IMG/VR virus record: IMGVR_UViG_3300034069_001614
Source: a virus
DNA length: 64,000 bases
Direction: 5' to 3' (one strand)
The first letter of the stretch is position 1, and each line of letters opens with the position of its first letter. The notes below the pieces were generated by a model. The model saw nothing but the letters and a program-made list of their open reading frames with translations. It made no database searches and was not told where the DNA came from. Of the stretch, positions 17,619 through 27,409 are shown in pieces. The position numbers and the translations under genes were made by a program.

Positions 17619-18050
17619 TTAAACGAAATATTCCTTAGCCCATTCTTTCCAACGAGGGTAGAATGTTGGATCAGCCGCGCCAGCCTTAATGGCTCCGCAA
17701 AACTGAATATGAGGAGGAATACCCTCCTGCTCACTTAGATCATAGGTTTCCAACCACTGCCGATACGTCCTGGAAGAGCTATGCGCTCCTTCCCAAGTCT
17801 GATCTGTAGCTGGATCCAACATAGAGCCTTCACCAACAGTGGTTACCCGGTTCATCCAATGGTGAATAAGAGTAATCCAATTATTCTTACCGTCTTTGAT
17901 TTCGTGAGTGTTATTTCGTTTTAACTGAATGATATCAGGAATGATAATCACTCGTTTACCGGGATCTCCCTTTCCTCTCTTTTTGAGGTAAGGGGGAAGA
18001 TCAGGAGGATCTGTAACCAGGGAAGGTTTATCGATTATTAGCATAACCAT
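17619..18050 (-). CDS. hypothetical protein
   Basis: 143 aa ORF. Confidence 0.7.
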   Translation of the reverse strand: MVMLIIDKPSLVTDPPDLPPYLKKRGKGDPGKRVIIIPDIIQLKRNNTHEIKDGKNNWITLIHHWMNRVTTVGEGSMLDPATDQTWEGAHSSSRTYRQWLETYDLSEQEGIPPHIQFCGAIKAGAADPTFYPRWKEWAKEYFV

Positions 18051-18711
18051 TCATCCTTATTTTCTTCACTGACGCTTCAGACCATTTCCAAAAAGCACCG
18101 ATGAGTTGTTCGTAGACGTCAAGATAAAATTCACCGCCACCGAAATATTCACCAAACCCAAGCCCTTTTACCATGGCATCAAGCGACACCAGATCTTTTT
18201 TGTCAATGATATCAAGGTGATCACGGGTAAGAACATCGTGATTAATCGCCATCACCAACACACGCAAGATGTTGATGTCGATGTAAATCTGAGTTTTAAT
18301 TGATGCTACCTCGCGGCGAGTTTCTTCTGTTTTGGAATAATTAGGATACATTTCCATGTATCCTTGAATGACACGAACATTGTACATCTGATTAGTAATG
18401 TCTTTAACAAGCTTCTTGTACGCTTTAAACATCAGCACATACAAGGCTAATTCGTCAATGGTATCTTGACCTACCACTGGGCGCAAAGAAATCACTACTG
18501 CTGGATCTTTTTCCTCATCCAAGAACTTCACCGACAAGCGCACATCACGCAAGTCAGCATAAGCTCGAAAGCCGACCATCCCCGTCAGCATTTCTTCCTT
18601 CCAGTTCTTGGCGATCTCCTGCTTAAGAGCAATAAACTTTTTCCATGTTGGATAGAGATGAACATCCATAGGAGAAGGATATTGTGGTGTAAAAACATCA
18701 GACTTTTTCAT
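18028..18711 (-). CDS. hypothetical protein
   Basis: 227 aa ORF; AAGGA RBS. Confidence 0.75.
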   Translation of the reverse strand: MKKSDVFTPQYPSPMDVHLYPTWKKFIALKQEIAKNWKEEMLTGMVGFRAYADLRDVRLSVKFLDEEKDPAVVISLRPVVGQDTIDELALYVLMFKAYKKLVKDITNQMYNVRVIQGYMEMYPNYSKTEETRREVASIKTQIYIDINILRVLVMAINHDVLTRDHLDIIDKKDLVSLDAMVKGLGFGEYFGGGEFYLDVYEQLIGAFWKWSEASVKKIRMNGYANNR

Positions 18712-18723
18712 GGGTAAAATCCT

Positions 18724-19347
18724 TTAATTCTTGAGAGCGTATTGAAGAGCTATGGCGGCATCATCTAGCACCATGGGAAGGTAATCGCAACCAAAAGCAA
18801 ATTTCATCCATCTACCTTCTACTGGTTGTGTTTCATAGAACACGGCAAAGAATTGATCTTCTGATCGTTCAATTCGAACAAAAGCGATATCTGGTTGTTC
18901 AAAAATAGTCATCAGCAATGCCACGCAAAAGAGCGGGTTATAGCTGTTAGAAGAAGGATATGAATGAAAATAGTTTCTTAGATCGTCGATAGGGTTGTCG
19001 GGAAAAGGTTGTGCCTCTGGCTCCTCATCAGTCCACCCGTATGTGATCCATGCAAAATTGGTATAGCTTTGCGTACCGAATTCAGGAATGGTTTGTCGGC
19101 GAAGACTACTAGACAAGATAAATCCGTCCAATCCCGTTTCATCGTTATGACCTGTACCCCATCCCGTTACATCCCACCATTCATAAGGAACACCTTCAAG
19201 ATAATTAGAATGGGGAAGTTGATTGACAATAGTGTGAATAATGGTAGGAAAGTTACAAGACTCTAGCCATGTTCTAAACTGATCAGGATTAACATTCTTG
19301 TTGTTTTTGATCCGGCCTGGAAATTGAAGGACGTTGTTGTCAGTCAT
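18724..19347 (-). CDS. hypothetical protein
   Basis: start refined to MTDNNVLQFPG. Confidence 0.75.
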   Translation of the reverse strand: MTDNNVLQFPGRIKNNKNVNPDQFRTWLESCNFPTIIHTIVNQLPHSNYLEGVPYEWWDVTGWGTGHNDETGLDGFILSSSLRRQTIPEFGTQSYTNFAWITYGWTDEEPEAQPFPDNPIDDLRNYFHSYPSSNSYNPLFCVALLMTIFEQPDIAFVRIERSEDQFFAVFYETQPVEGRWMKFAFGCDYLPMVLDDAAIALQYALKN

Positions 19348-19385
19348 GGTAAAACGGTTCCCTTTCCACTTAGTTAACCACAAAG

Positions 19386-19393
19386 GTAATATA
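19386..19393 (-). promoter_or_regulatory. early promoter TATATTAC
   Basis: exact motif at head of the minus-strand accessory array. Confidence 0.65.
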
Positions 19394-19407
19394 GGGGTGA
19401 GACACTG

Positions 19408-20385
19408 ATGACAAATATCTTTTTTTGGTTTATCTATAGTGTGGCAATAGTTTGGACAACAATTGTTGTCCGCAAGAAGTTTAGCAAAAGGAGACTAAAG
19501 GTTATGCACAATCTAGGGTATACCAATGCTGCAGCAATGGTGTTGTTTGAACAAGAACTTTCCCTGTACGAAGAGGCTATTAACCCTCACAGCAACAATC
19601 CTAACGATTATCATCATCCAGCTGATCTGATCAAAAACGCCCTTTTACGCATTGTTACTTCTCCAGAAGCTGACACCTATACGCTGATGCGTCGATTGGT
19701 GGCTCGTATGCAGGATAAGGTTGATGATGAATATTCCGATTTTGCTATTCGGATGATGGCCGCTGCTACCAAAGACCTGCGCGCCAATCAGCTCATTATG
19801 AGCATTCTGTATATTACCCGAGACATCCTGGTCGGTGACAGGGTTGACCTCAACGATCGCTGGCTAGTGCTGGTTGATGGGAACATGGCCATTTACCAGT
19901 TCTTGAAGAATTACAATCATTCCGACCAGAAGCAGTTGGAAGATACCTATAGCGGTAACATTGTCTCTTCTCCCAAGGTTTGGCAAAAAGTTAATCTTAG
20001 CGATCCCCAGTCAGTTGTTACGATTGGTTATGCCAATTATGAGGTAAAGCTCACCGGTGATGTGATGCAGACCGTATCCTTTGTGCGTGATCCAAGTGTT
20101 CAGCGTGAAGCGGATGCCGATCCCAGTGAAGCGTTGATGATTGTCAGCGAAGTTGTCCTCACCCCCACCATTGGGGTTGTTGCTGTTGACAAATCAGTGA
20201 TGTTTTATGACGATGCCAAGGCACAGCTCAATGCGCATGGTAATCGCTTCATTCACGGTTATGATACGCAGATTACTCTGCCTGGATTATTCTACAGTGC
20301 AGCGCTGAGCGTGATTAGCACTGATGGAGGAAATATATGGCGGGTTAGTGAGATCAATATTCTCCCCCCGTCCATTAGACGATAA
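19408..20385 (+). CDS. membrane-anchored hypothetical protein
   Basis: 325 aa; N-terminal TM helix; only plus-strand gene in first 44 kb. Confidence 0.75.
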   Translation: MTNIFFWFIYSVAIVWTTIVVRKKFSKRRLKVMHNLGYTNAAAMVLFEQELSLYEEAINPHSNNPNDYHHPADLIKNALLRIVTSPEADTYTLMRRLVARMQDKVDDEYSDFAIRMMAAATKDLRANQLIMSILYITRDILVGDRVDLNDRWLVLVDGNMAIYQFLKNYNHSDQKQLEDTYSGNIVSSPKVWQKVNLSDPQSVVTIGYANYEVKLTGDVMQTVSFVRDPSVQREADADPSEALMIVSEVVLTPTIGVVAVDKSVMFYDDAKAQLNAHGNRFIHGYDTQITLPGLFYSAALSVISTDGGNIWRVSEINILPPSIRR

Positions 20386-20406
20386 CCTTTAATTCAATCC
20401 ACAGGT

Positions 20407-20443
20407 TAATAACAGAGGAGGCATGACGCCTCCTCTGTTATTA
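20407..20443. terminator. bidirectional terminator
   Basis: 16-bp perfect stem between convergent genes. Confidence 0.8.
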
Positions 20444-20446
20444 CTC

Positions 20447-21496
20447 TTATCCAAACCGATTGATCCACACTTTCAATGATCGCTCATTATAACGATCAAG
20501 ATCATTTAACTGATCACTAACACATGCCTTAAGGTAATCATCACCCCCTGCAAACAAGTTGGTAAGATGATTGCAGATATCAAAAGCACTAGTGGGACAG
20601 GCGTGATAGTGTTTCCCCAGCCACCGCACTTCGTCTGACGCAATAACTGGTACAGAACAAATAACAGCATCAGCTGCTACAATGTTAAACGATTCGGTCA
20701 AGGAACACTGAAGAAGCACGTCGATCTGGGTGCGAAGCAACCGGTAAAACTGCTCCTTGTCCATCCAAGGATGCTCAACCAATTCACAATTATTGAGCCG
20801 CATAAACATACCCTGAAGGTATTTAAGCGGCTGACTACCATTGCCTTCAACACGCGTGCCATTGATGTGAAAAAATAGCTTGCGTCCCGTTTTGTTAGCA
20901 TAAGCAATAGCAGCCATGGCTTGTTCCACATGATTCTTCATGGAACGCACCGCACCAAAGCATCCGACGTGAATGTCGTCCTTGGGAACAGATTTAACAG
21001 GACTACGTTCAACATAATGCGAACAATAGACATTGGGTAAGTGAGACAAAAGAGTCGGGCTGACACGCAAATTATCAACCAAGGGACTAAGATCATCCAC
21101 CGTTCGTTCTGAGACGTTGGAAATCTCTACATTCATTTTGAGATATTCGCAGTTCCAGATTCCAGCCATCCCTTCTTCGGCAAGAAAAGGAACTTCAGAA
21201 TGGTTGCGAACAATCCATTTAACGTTAGGATGAAGGGTTTTCAGTAGTTCAATCTTACCAGGCTTAACCCAATAAGCCTCCATCACTAAAATGTCAGGCT
21301 TGATTTCACACAAAGCGGTGTGAATAAAGTTGTAATCTGGTACATCATGAAGATGGACATCGAGTCCTGCATCTTCTAACGCTTTAACTAGAGTTTCAAC
21401 AGAATTAGAAAGACCAGGCTTTTTGCTGGTCGAATTGGCCCAGAGACTTTGACCCTGCTTCTGGCGCAGTAAAAACAACAATTTAGGTTTCGTCAT
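20447..21496 (-). CDS. glycosyltransferase, GT-B fold (GT4/group 1-like)
   Basis: HVGCFGAVRSMKN; SLTESFNIVAADAVICSVPVIASD (E-x7-D/E donor-binding motif). Confidence 0.85.
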   Translation of the reverse strand: MTKPKLLFLLRQKQGQSLWANSTSKKPGLSNSVETLVKALEDAGLDVHLHDVPDYNFIHTALCEIKPDILVMEAYWVKPGKIELLKTLHPNVKWIVRNHSEVPFLAEEGMAGIWNCEYLKMNVEISNVSERTVDDLSPLVDNLRVSPTLLSHLPNVYCSHYVERSPVKSVPKDDIHVGCFGAVRSMKNHVEQAMAAIAYANKTGRKLFFHINGTRVEGNGSQPLKYLQGMFMRLNNCELVEHPWMDKEQFYRLLRTQIDVLLQCSLTESFNIVAADAVICSVPVIASDEVRWLGKHYHACPTSAFDICNHLTNLFAGGDDYLKACVSDQLNDLDRYNERSLKVWINRFG

Positions 21497-21564
21497 AACT
21501 CACACTTGTGTAAAAAGTAAATGTCCCCATAGAAATTGAAAAAATAAACATCAGTATTAATAAC

Positions 21565-21598
21565 AGTAAAGAGAGGGCTTCAAAGCCCTCTCTTTACT
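21565..21598 (-). terminator. terminator hairpin
   Basis: 15-16 bp perfect stem after nrdB. Confidence 0.75.
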
Positions 21599-21605
21599 CT
21601 AATAC

Positions 21606-22769
21606 TTACTGAAGAAGGGGTTCATCTTTAGCAAAAGCATCTGCCCAACTACCTGTGGTAGCGTCTTTACTATATGAAGTTCCTCTTACTTCAAACAGAT
21701 TGGCGTGTTCCACACCCCCCATCATCCCATCAATCCAATCTTCAAACGGATTATTGGTAACGTTGAACAGCTTAGGCATACCAAATTGATCAAGACGGTA
21801 ATCCGCCATGAAGGACACATAATCCTTCAACTCGTGCTTGGTCATGCCTTCCACCGGACCCAGTTCAAAAGCAAGATCGGCAAAGCGATGCTCGTTTTGG
21901 ACGATTGTCCTGACTGCATTATTACCAGCATCAGCCAGCGTCTTCTTGTCAAGCAAATGACCGAATTCGGCCATGAACACTTTGAAGAGCTGTGCGACAA
22001 AGGCCACGTGAAGGTCTTCGTCCTTAACGCTCCACGAGACGATCTGTCCCATACCGACAAGCTTGTTTTGACGAGGGAAGTTAAACAAGGTAGCAAAGGA
22101 AGCAAAGAGCTGCAAGCCTTCGGTGAACGCACCAAAAACAAGCATAGCAACCGCAATACCCATCAAGGTGTCCATGCGGAAACCCTTGGTGAAATCATAT
22201 TTGTCATTCATTTCTTGATATTCAAGAAACGCTGAATAGTGACTCTCACCAAAACCGAGCTCAGTCAGCAGGTGAGAATAAGCAACCTGGTGCACGCCTT
22301 CTGCATTAGCAATCGCCGTGATAGCAAGCTGGAGATCAACAGGCTTGAAAATCTTAGCGTATTGTTCAACATAGGCATTACCGACCATGACGTCGTTCTG
22401 GACGAACAGCGGAAACATATGCTTCATGAGATTGCGCTCAGCATCATTGAGCTTCTGCTTCCAATCCTGGAGATCCTTGTTAAGGTTTACAGGATGGTGA
22501 AGCCAATGCATCTGATTCTGGAGTTCCCAAACCTTGTAACCAAACTCATAACGGAATGGTTTAAAAGCTTTAGAGGGCGTCATGACATTTTGTTCAGGAA
22601 CACCAGGTAGTCGAGTGAGATCAAGATATTTCAGTGGGATGCGAGCAATCTCGTTGATACCGATACGACCTGACACAATGTCAGACATAACGCTTTCACG
22701 TTCATTCTGGTATTTAGCGTTGGCAACATTGTCAGCTGAAATAAGTTCAACAAACCGAACGGAATCCAT
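21606..22769 (-). CDS. nrdB: class Ia ribonucleotide reductase beta subunit
   Basis: FKPFRY..HWL; ligands QND, EGVH+Y, TEG, DEDLH; probable start MDSVRF (AGGT RBS). Confidence 0.95.
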   Translation of the reverse strand: MDSVRFVELISADNVANAKYQNERESVMSDIVSGRIGINEIARIPLKYLDLTRLPGVPEQNVMTPSKAFKPFRYEFGYKVWELQNQMHWLHHPVNLNKDLQDWKQKLNDAERNLMKHMFPLFVQNDVMVGNAYVEQYAKIFKPVDLQLAITAIANAEGVHQVAYSHLLTELGFGESHYSAFLEYQEMNDKYDFTKGFRMDTLMGIAVAMLVFGAFTEGLQLFASFATLFNFPRQNKLVGMGQIVSWSVKDEDLHVAFVAQLFKVFMAEFGHLLDKKTLADAGNNAVRTIVQNEHRFADLAFELGPVEGMTKHELKDYVSFMADYRLDQFGMPKLFNVTNNPFEDWIDGMMGGVEHANLFEVRGTSYSKDATTGSWADAFAKDEPLLQ

Positions 22770-22793
22770 AAAACACCTATAGTTGTTGTGGGC

Positions 22794-22825
22794 ACTAGAT
22801 GGGTGGTAAGAACCACCCATCTAGT
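22794..22825. other. 14-bp perfect hairpin between nrdA and nrdB, no U-tract
   Basis: ACTAGATGGGTGGT-AAGA-ACCACCCATCTAGT. Confidence 0.8.
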
Positions 22826-22878
22826 ACTAAACTTGGGTCACATTATGTGATAGCTAAAAGGTAAAACTTAATCTATTG

Positions 22879-25833
22879 TCACTGGCAAGACAAGCACTCG
22901 GAGTAATTGATCTGTTTAGCAGAAGCAGTGGGGGCAGAAAGGTCTTTACCAGCAGCACTAGACGTACTACCAACCTGTCCGACCGACATAGACCGAAGAT
23001 AGTACATCGTCTTGACACCCAGCTTCCAGGCCATCTGGTGAAGCTTCCAGAGGTCACGCTTGTCGACGTTGGGCTGGAGAGACAAGTTAAACGACTGTGC
23101 CTGATCAAAGAGTGGCGCACGATCCGCTGCGAACTCAACATGGTAACGCTGATCAACCTCAAACGAGGTCTTAAACACATCGCGTTCATCCTGACTCAGG
23201 AAATCAAGATGTTGGACACTACCCTGTTTTTCGGTAATACTGTTCCAGACGGCACGCGTGTCCTTACCATAACCAACCAAGATCTTCTGGAGGTAAGGGT
23301 TCTTTACCTCAAACGATCCATCCAAGGTTTTCTGCGTAAAGACGTTGGCAGGAATAATGTCAAATCCAGCCGAGGTACCACCGCAGATGATTGACACTGA
23401 CGCAGTGGGAGCTGCTGCCGTCTTATAGGAGAATCGTTCCATGACACCGTGTTCGGCTGCATCAGGGCAAGCCCCACGCTCTTCAGCAAGCCGGCGAGAG
23501 GCAGCATCCATCTGAGTCTTGAGGTGGTTGCAGATCTTGAGATTCCACACCTTTGCCATGACTGATTCATAAGGAATCATCTTGGACTGAAGGAACGAGT
23601 GAAAGCCCATCATCCCAACACCAATCGAACGCTCCCGCATGGCAGAATAGCGAGCCTTGGTGAAGCATTCACCGGCATTGTCAATAAAGTCCTGAAGGAC
23701 ATTGTCCATGAAATAAGCAATGTCTAAGAAGAACTGATCATTGTCCTTCCACTCATTAAACTTTTCAGCATTAGGCTGGAACAAGCAACACACTGCGGTG
23801 CGATCAATACCCTTATGATCCTTTCCTGTTGGCAGAGTAATCTCAATACAGTTACCCGTAAGAACACCTTCAAAAACGCCAAGATGCTCAAGAGGTTCAT
23901 TAAAGCAATAAGTATCGTCAACGCGACCATTATTCTGAATATCAACAACCGTCACAAACTGATGAGCATCACGTTGTGTTTCACGCTGAGTAACATCAAG
24001 ACGGCGGAAAGAAAGACCAAGATTGAGAAGACGCTGAGTATCGCCAGCGGTGATCACAAGACGGTATACGTCCTTACAGTCGAAGAAAGCATTACCTCCT
24101 TTACCATCAGGAAGCTCGTAGGTACCGGCAAGTCTCATTCTGTTTACCTTGGCATCCACGCCAAGGGTGGTCAGCATCAGCCTAACTTCCATGAGAAAGT
24201 CTTTATGGATCGAGGCAGCTTGAAGAGTTTCACAATCACCATTGCGAGCAACAGTGCCATCACCGTCCATGAAGCCAGCAAACCAGCTGAGCTTGGTTGC
24301 TACATTGCCGTCAATTGGAACAGTGAATTTGGGAAGAAGATCAGCTTTATCGAAATAAACAGCGTGACGCTTTCCTTCGGCTTCGTCTTCTACAACACGC
24401 AAGGGATCCATGCTTGCGAAATGAGAAAGGAGTTCTTTCTTTTTCGCGTAAAGATAAAGCCGAGGATTTCCATACTGATCGTTAGTGCCATCTGCCGTAT
24501 AGAAGCCATTACGATAAGCAAATTCAGAATCCCACGAGAATCCTGCTTCAACCACGGGAAGATTTGGTTTAGCAAGCTTATCTCCCTTACGAAGCTCATG
24601 GGTGGCTACCATCTTACTGTTGGTCGACCCTTCGCCATAGCCAAGCTGGATCTTCCACTTATGGTATTCTGTCACATCTAACTTGACGCCGTTTGACAGG
24701 TAAACCGAAACCAACTTCTGATTTTCACCAGTTTTAGCTACCTGTGCCTCCGACCACTGTTTACCGTTCCAGACTTCTTGGACAGTACCAGCGATCTGAT
24801 TAATAGGCATATACCCATCGCGCGTCAGAACACGAGTTTCTGGTGCCACGCACAGGTTGGATGTATGGGGATATAAACCAGACTTAGCGTGATGTTCAGG
24901 CGTTGCGCGCTTCACCGTATCGCTAAAGAAGATATACGGGGTACCGGTGTTCATGCGGGTCTGAAGGATCTTAATGGCAATGTCCTGAGCACGAACCGTT
25001 TCAACCACCTTACCGGTCTTGGGTGAAATAAGATCCCACTCCGCATCGTTCTCCACGGCTTCCATGAATGCATCGGGGATGCACACGCCGTGGTACAGAT
25101 TGAGTGCCTTACGATTAGGATCACCACCTGATTCATTGCGCAGTTCAATAAAAGCCTCAATCTCAGGGTGCGACACATCCATGTACACAGCTGCTGCACC
25201 ACGCCTGTTACCAGCCTGCGAGATACAAGCAGTAAGCGAGTCAATGACCTTTACAAAGCTAATCGCACCAGATGTCTTGCCCTTGGTACCAACCTTACCA
25301 CCGATCTCACGCAGACCACCGACATAGGTACCAATACCACCACCCTTGGCCCCCATCCAGATGTTTTCCACCCAGGTACCAACAATGTCTTCGAGTGAAT
25401 CATCCATGTCGTTGATGAAGCACGAGATCAAATTGCCTTTGGTGGTACCGCCATTGGAGAGAATCGGGGTAGCCGGCATACACCACAGCTTGGAAATATA
25501 GTCATACATCCGCTGAGCATGTTCGCCATCATTGGCATAGTAGCGGACGCAATTGGCAAAGCGGTCCTGATATGACTCATCTTCGGTGAGGTACCGGTCC
25601 TTTAGCGTTGCCTTACTGAACGGTGTTAAAAGAGCATCGCGGCTATCATCCACGACCACATCAGGAACAGGCATGTTCCGTAAAGGAGTATTCTTGATTG
25701 TTTTTGCTAAACGCTTGGTACTCAGTTCCATCACGCGAACAGAACCAAAATCGTCAGCGGTTGTTGGGGTATATTCCGTAGCTGCGTAATCCGTGTTTGA
25801 AAAACTGAGATCTGTCATGACTCTCATGTCCAT
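22879..25833 (-). CDS. nrdA: class Ia ribonucleotide reductase alpha subunit, intein-containing
   Basis: MPATPILSNGG, ISCF, GGGIG, SNL/C.EI, APTAS, C-terminal ECLSCQ. Confidence 0.97.
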   Translation of the reverse strand: MDMRVMTDLSFSNTDYAATEYTPTTADDFGSVRVMELSTKRLAKTIKNTPLRNMPVPDVVVDDSRDALLTPFSKATLKDRYLTEDESYQDRFANCVRYYANDGEHAQRMYDYISKLWCMPATPILSNGGTTKGNLISCFINDMDDSLEDIVGTWVENIWMGAKGGGIGTYVGGLREIGGKVGTKGKTSGAISFVKVIDSLTACISQAGNRRGAAAVYMDVSHPEIEAFIELRNESGGDPNRKALNLYHGVCIPDAFMEAVENDAEWDLISPKTGKVVETVRAQDIAIKILQTRMNTGTPYIFFSDTVKRATPEHHAKSGLYPHTSNLCVAPETRVLTRDGYMPINQIAGTVQEVWNGKQWSEAQVAKTGENQKLVSVYLSNGVKLDVTEYHKWKIQLGYGEGSTNSKMVATHELRKGDKLAKPNLPVVEAGFSWDSEFAYRNGFYTADGTNDQYGNPRLYLYAKKKELLSHFASMDPLRVVEDEAEGKRHAVYFDKADLLPKFTVPIDGNVATKLSWFAGFMDGDGTVARNGDCETLQAASIHKDFLMEVRLMLTTLGVDAKVNRMRLAGTYELPDGKGGNAFFDCKDVYRLVITAGDTQRLLNLGLSFRRLDVTQRETQRDAHQFVTVVDIQNNGRVDDTYCFNEPLEHLGVFEGVLTGNCIEITLPTGKDHKGIDRTAVCCLFQPNAEKFNEWKDNDQFFLDIAYFMDNVLQDFIDNAGECFTKARYSAMRERSIGVGMMGFHSFLQSKMIPYESVMAKVWNLKICNHLKTQMDAASRRLAEERGACPDAAEHGVMERFSYKTAAAPTASVSIICGGTSAGFDIIPANVFTQKTLDGSFEVKNPYLQKILVGYGKDTRAVWNSITEKQGSVQHLDFLSQDERDVFKTSFEVDQRYHVEFAADRAPLFDQAQSFNLSLQPNVDKRDLWKLHQMAWKLGVKTMYYLRSMSVGQVGSTSSAAGKDLSAPTASAKQINYSECLSCQ
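23851..24852 (-). mobile_element. intein with LAGLIDADG homing endonuclease in NrdA (334 aa)
   Basis: SNL|CVAPET...VLTGN|CIEI; GFYTADG and FAGFMDGDG motifs. Confidence 0.95.
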
Positions 25834-26089
25834 TTATTATGTGTAAAAGAAAAGGGTTTAAATGCCTAATTTTGTAAAAAGAATATTACTCTTTTTTGAA
25901 CCAAAGAGAATGGGCATATGATGTATCCCCATTTCTGTTAGTAGCTAACCCTATCTCTTATGGTAGAATTTATGTGCATGTCATCATGACCAAAAGGTGA
26001 AGAAATATTGTCAGCGATTATAGTCGTATATACGGTGAAAGGAGTTGTTTGGTGGTTGTCTGTTTTGTACAGCTATAATTAAAAACGCT

Positions 26090-26123
26090 TAAACAGAGGA
26101 GGGTGTTACCCCTCCTCTGTTTA
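26090..26123 (-). terminator. terminator hairpin
   Basis: 14-bp perfect stem abutting stop of upstream gene. Confidence 0.75.
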
Positions 26124-27365
26124 TTACTTCATTCGTTGTAGACATCTGTATAAAACATAGTAGATCACAGCCAGTCTTAAAGCTGACTGTGAAGCCACAT
26201 TAACCGTGATGTTAAATGAATCGGTGAGATAGGTCACCGACCGCTTAATGGCAGCAATGTCAGGATCAGTGGAGCGTGAACTACTATAAGCATCCCGCAT
26301 CTTTTCAAATACGATAGCGCGCTGACCCATGTTGATTCGACGTTCCCGACACAACCGAATCATGGAACGAATGATCTCAATAATCAAGGCTCGCATGCCG
26401 ATGTACAAGGTCCCCTCTTTATCAATTTGTACCTTATCGAACGTACGGGAAGAGGTTTGTAGTACCGCTGTTTCGTTGAGCTTTAACAGCGCTGTTTTAA
26501 GCATACGAGGAGAGATAGTGGTAAACATCCCAGCAATGTCATCAACAGAGATGTCATGTACAAACATGTTAGGATTCAGGATTTCTGACACCATGGCTTG
26601 CGTTGCTGAATCAATCACTGACGCTGTTTGAGCGATAATGCGTTCGCCTTCCTTGTTTTCACTAATGGAAGATTTAGAATCGATTCTGTCGCCTTCTTTA
26701 TAAGCCTCATAATACGCTTGCGCAAAGGTGACAATCTTCGCGCGAAGAGCCGTTTGTGATTCCCCAATCACCCGCAGAAACATGTCATCGGGAGAACCAT
26801 CTACCAATGTTTTATAAAATCGGTCTTGAGGATCAAGAATCTTTTCAGCGTGTGATTCAATCAACGCTCGCCAACTGCCCAATCTGATAATGTCGCTCTT
26901 ACGCGACAGATTAGCCACCGTCGCCGTGACAACGCCTTCGTTTGCCCCATGCTTCCAACTGTTGTTTACTGTTGATGTAAAAATGCGGCAAAGGAACAGC
27001 AGAATACAATTGCGTTGAAATTGATAACAGACCTTTTTGTCCTTGATGTAAATAGGGGCTAGATGTACTAGCCACATGATCAAGATGTTGTATGGTTCTG
27101 AGGTCACCACAAAATTGCGATCCACAGCATGCATGGTACGAATCTTTTCTTCTACCTCTGCTTTACGAAGATCGAAGATATCAAAGAGAGCGTTATAATC
27201 AGCGGTGGTAAAGGAAACAGGATGGACCCCAAGATAAGGTCCATCAAAGGTTAAGGGATGAGTACGCCTTAAAAAAAACGACACCACCATCTTTTCCACA
27301 TCGTGGATCTGGACAGGGGTGATCGTAATGGGGAGTTCCCCCATCGCCTCAGAAATGGTAGTCAT
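26124..27365 (-). CDS. conserved phiKZ-like protein adjacent to terminase
   Basis: 413 aa; LGVHPVSF..D..LF; recalled as a jumbo-phage core family, not verified. Confidence 0.6.
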   Translation of the reverse strand: MTTISEAMGELPITITPVQIHDVEKMVVSFFLRRTHPLTFDGPYLGVHPVSFTTADYNALFDIFDLRKAEVEEKIRTMHAVDRNFVVTSEPYNILIMWLVHLAPIYIKDKKVCYQFQRNCILLFLCRIFTSTVNNSWKHGANEGVVTATVANLSRKSDIIRLGSWRALIESHAEKILDPQDRFYKTLVDGSPDDMFLRVIGESQTALRAKIVTFAQAYYEAYKEGDRIDSKSSISENKEGERIIAQTASVIDSATQAMVSEILNPNMFVHDISVDDIAGMFTTISPRMLKTALLKLNETAVLQTSSRTFDKVQIDKEGTLYIGMRALIIEIIRSMIRLCRERRINMGQRAIVFEKMRDAYSSSRSTDPDIAAIKRSVTYLTDSFNITVNVASQSALRLAVIYYVLYRCLQRMK

Positions 27366-27409
27366 GGGTATAAACCTTTATGGATCACATCATGGTACAA
27401 GAAAAAGAT

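Noticed and set aside
23815-24681. 288-aa plus-strand ORF antisense to the NrdA intein, and similar antisense ORFs at 16152, 21705, 22239, 22876 and 60966
   Set aside because: They lie wholly opposite well-supported genes and lack RBS or motifs; typical shadow ORFs from codon bias
25834-26089. 256-nt gap upstream of nrdA as a possible ncRNA or NrdR box
   Set aside because: AT-rich, with no convincing NrdR palindrome, stable structure or ORF
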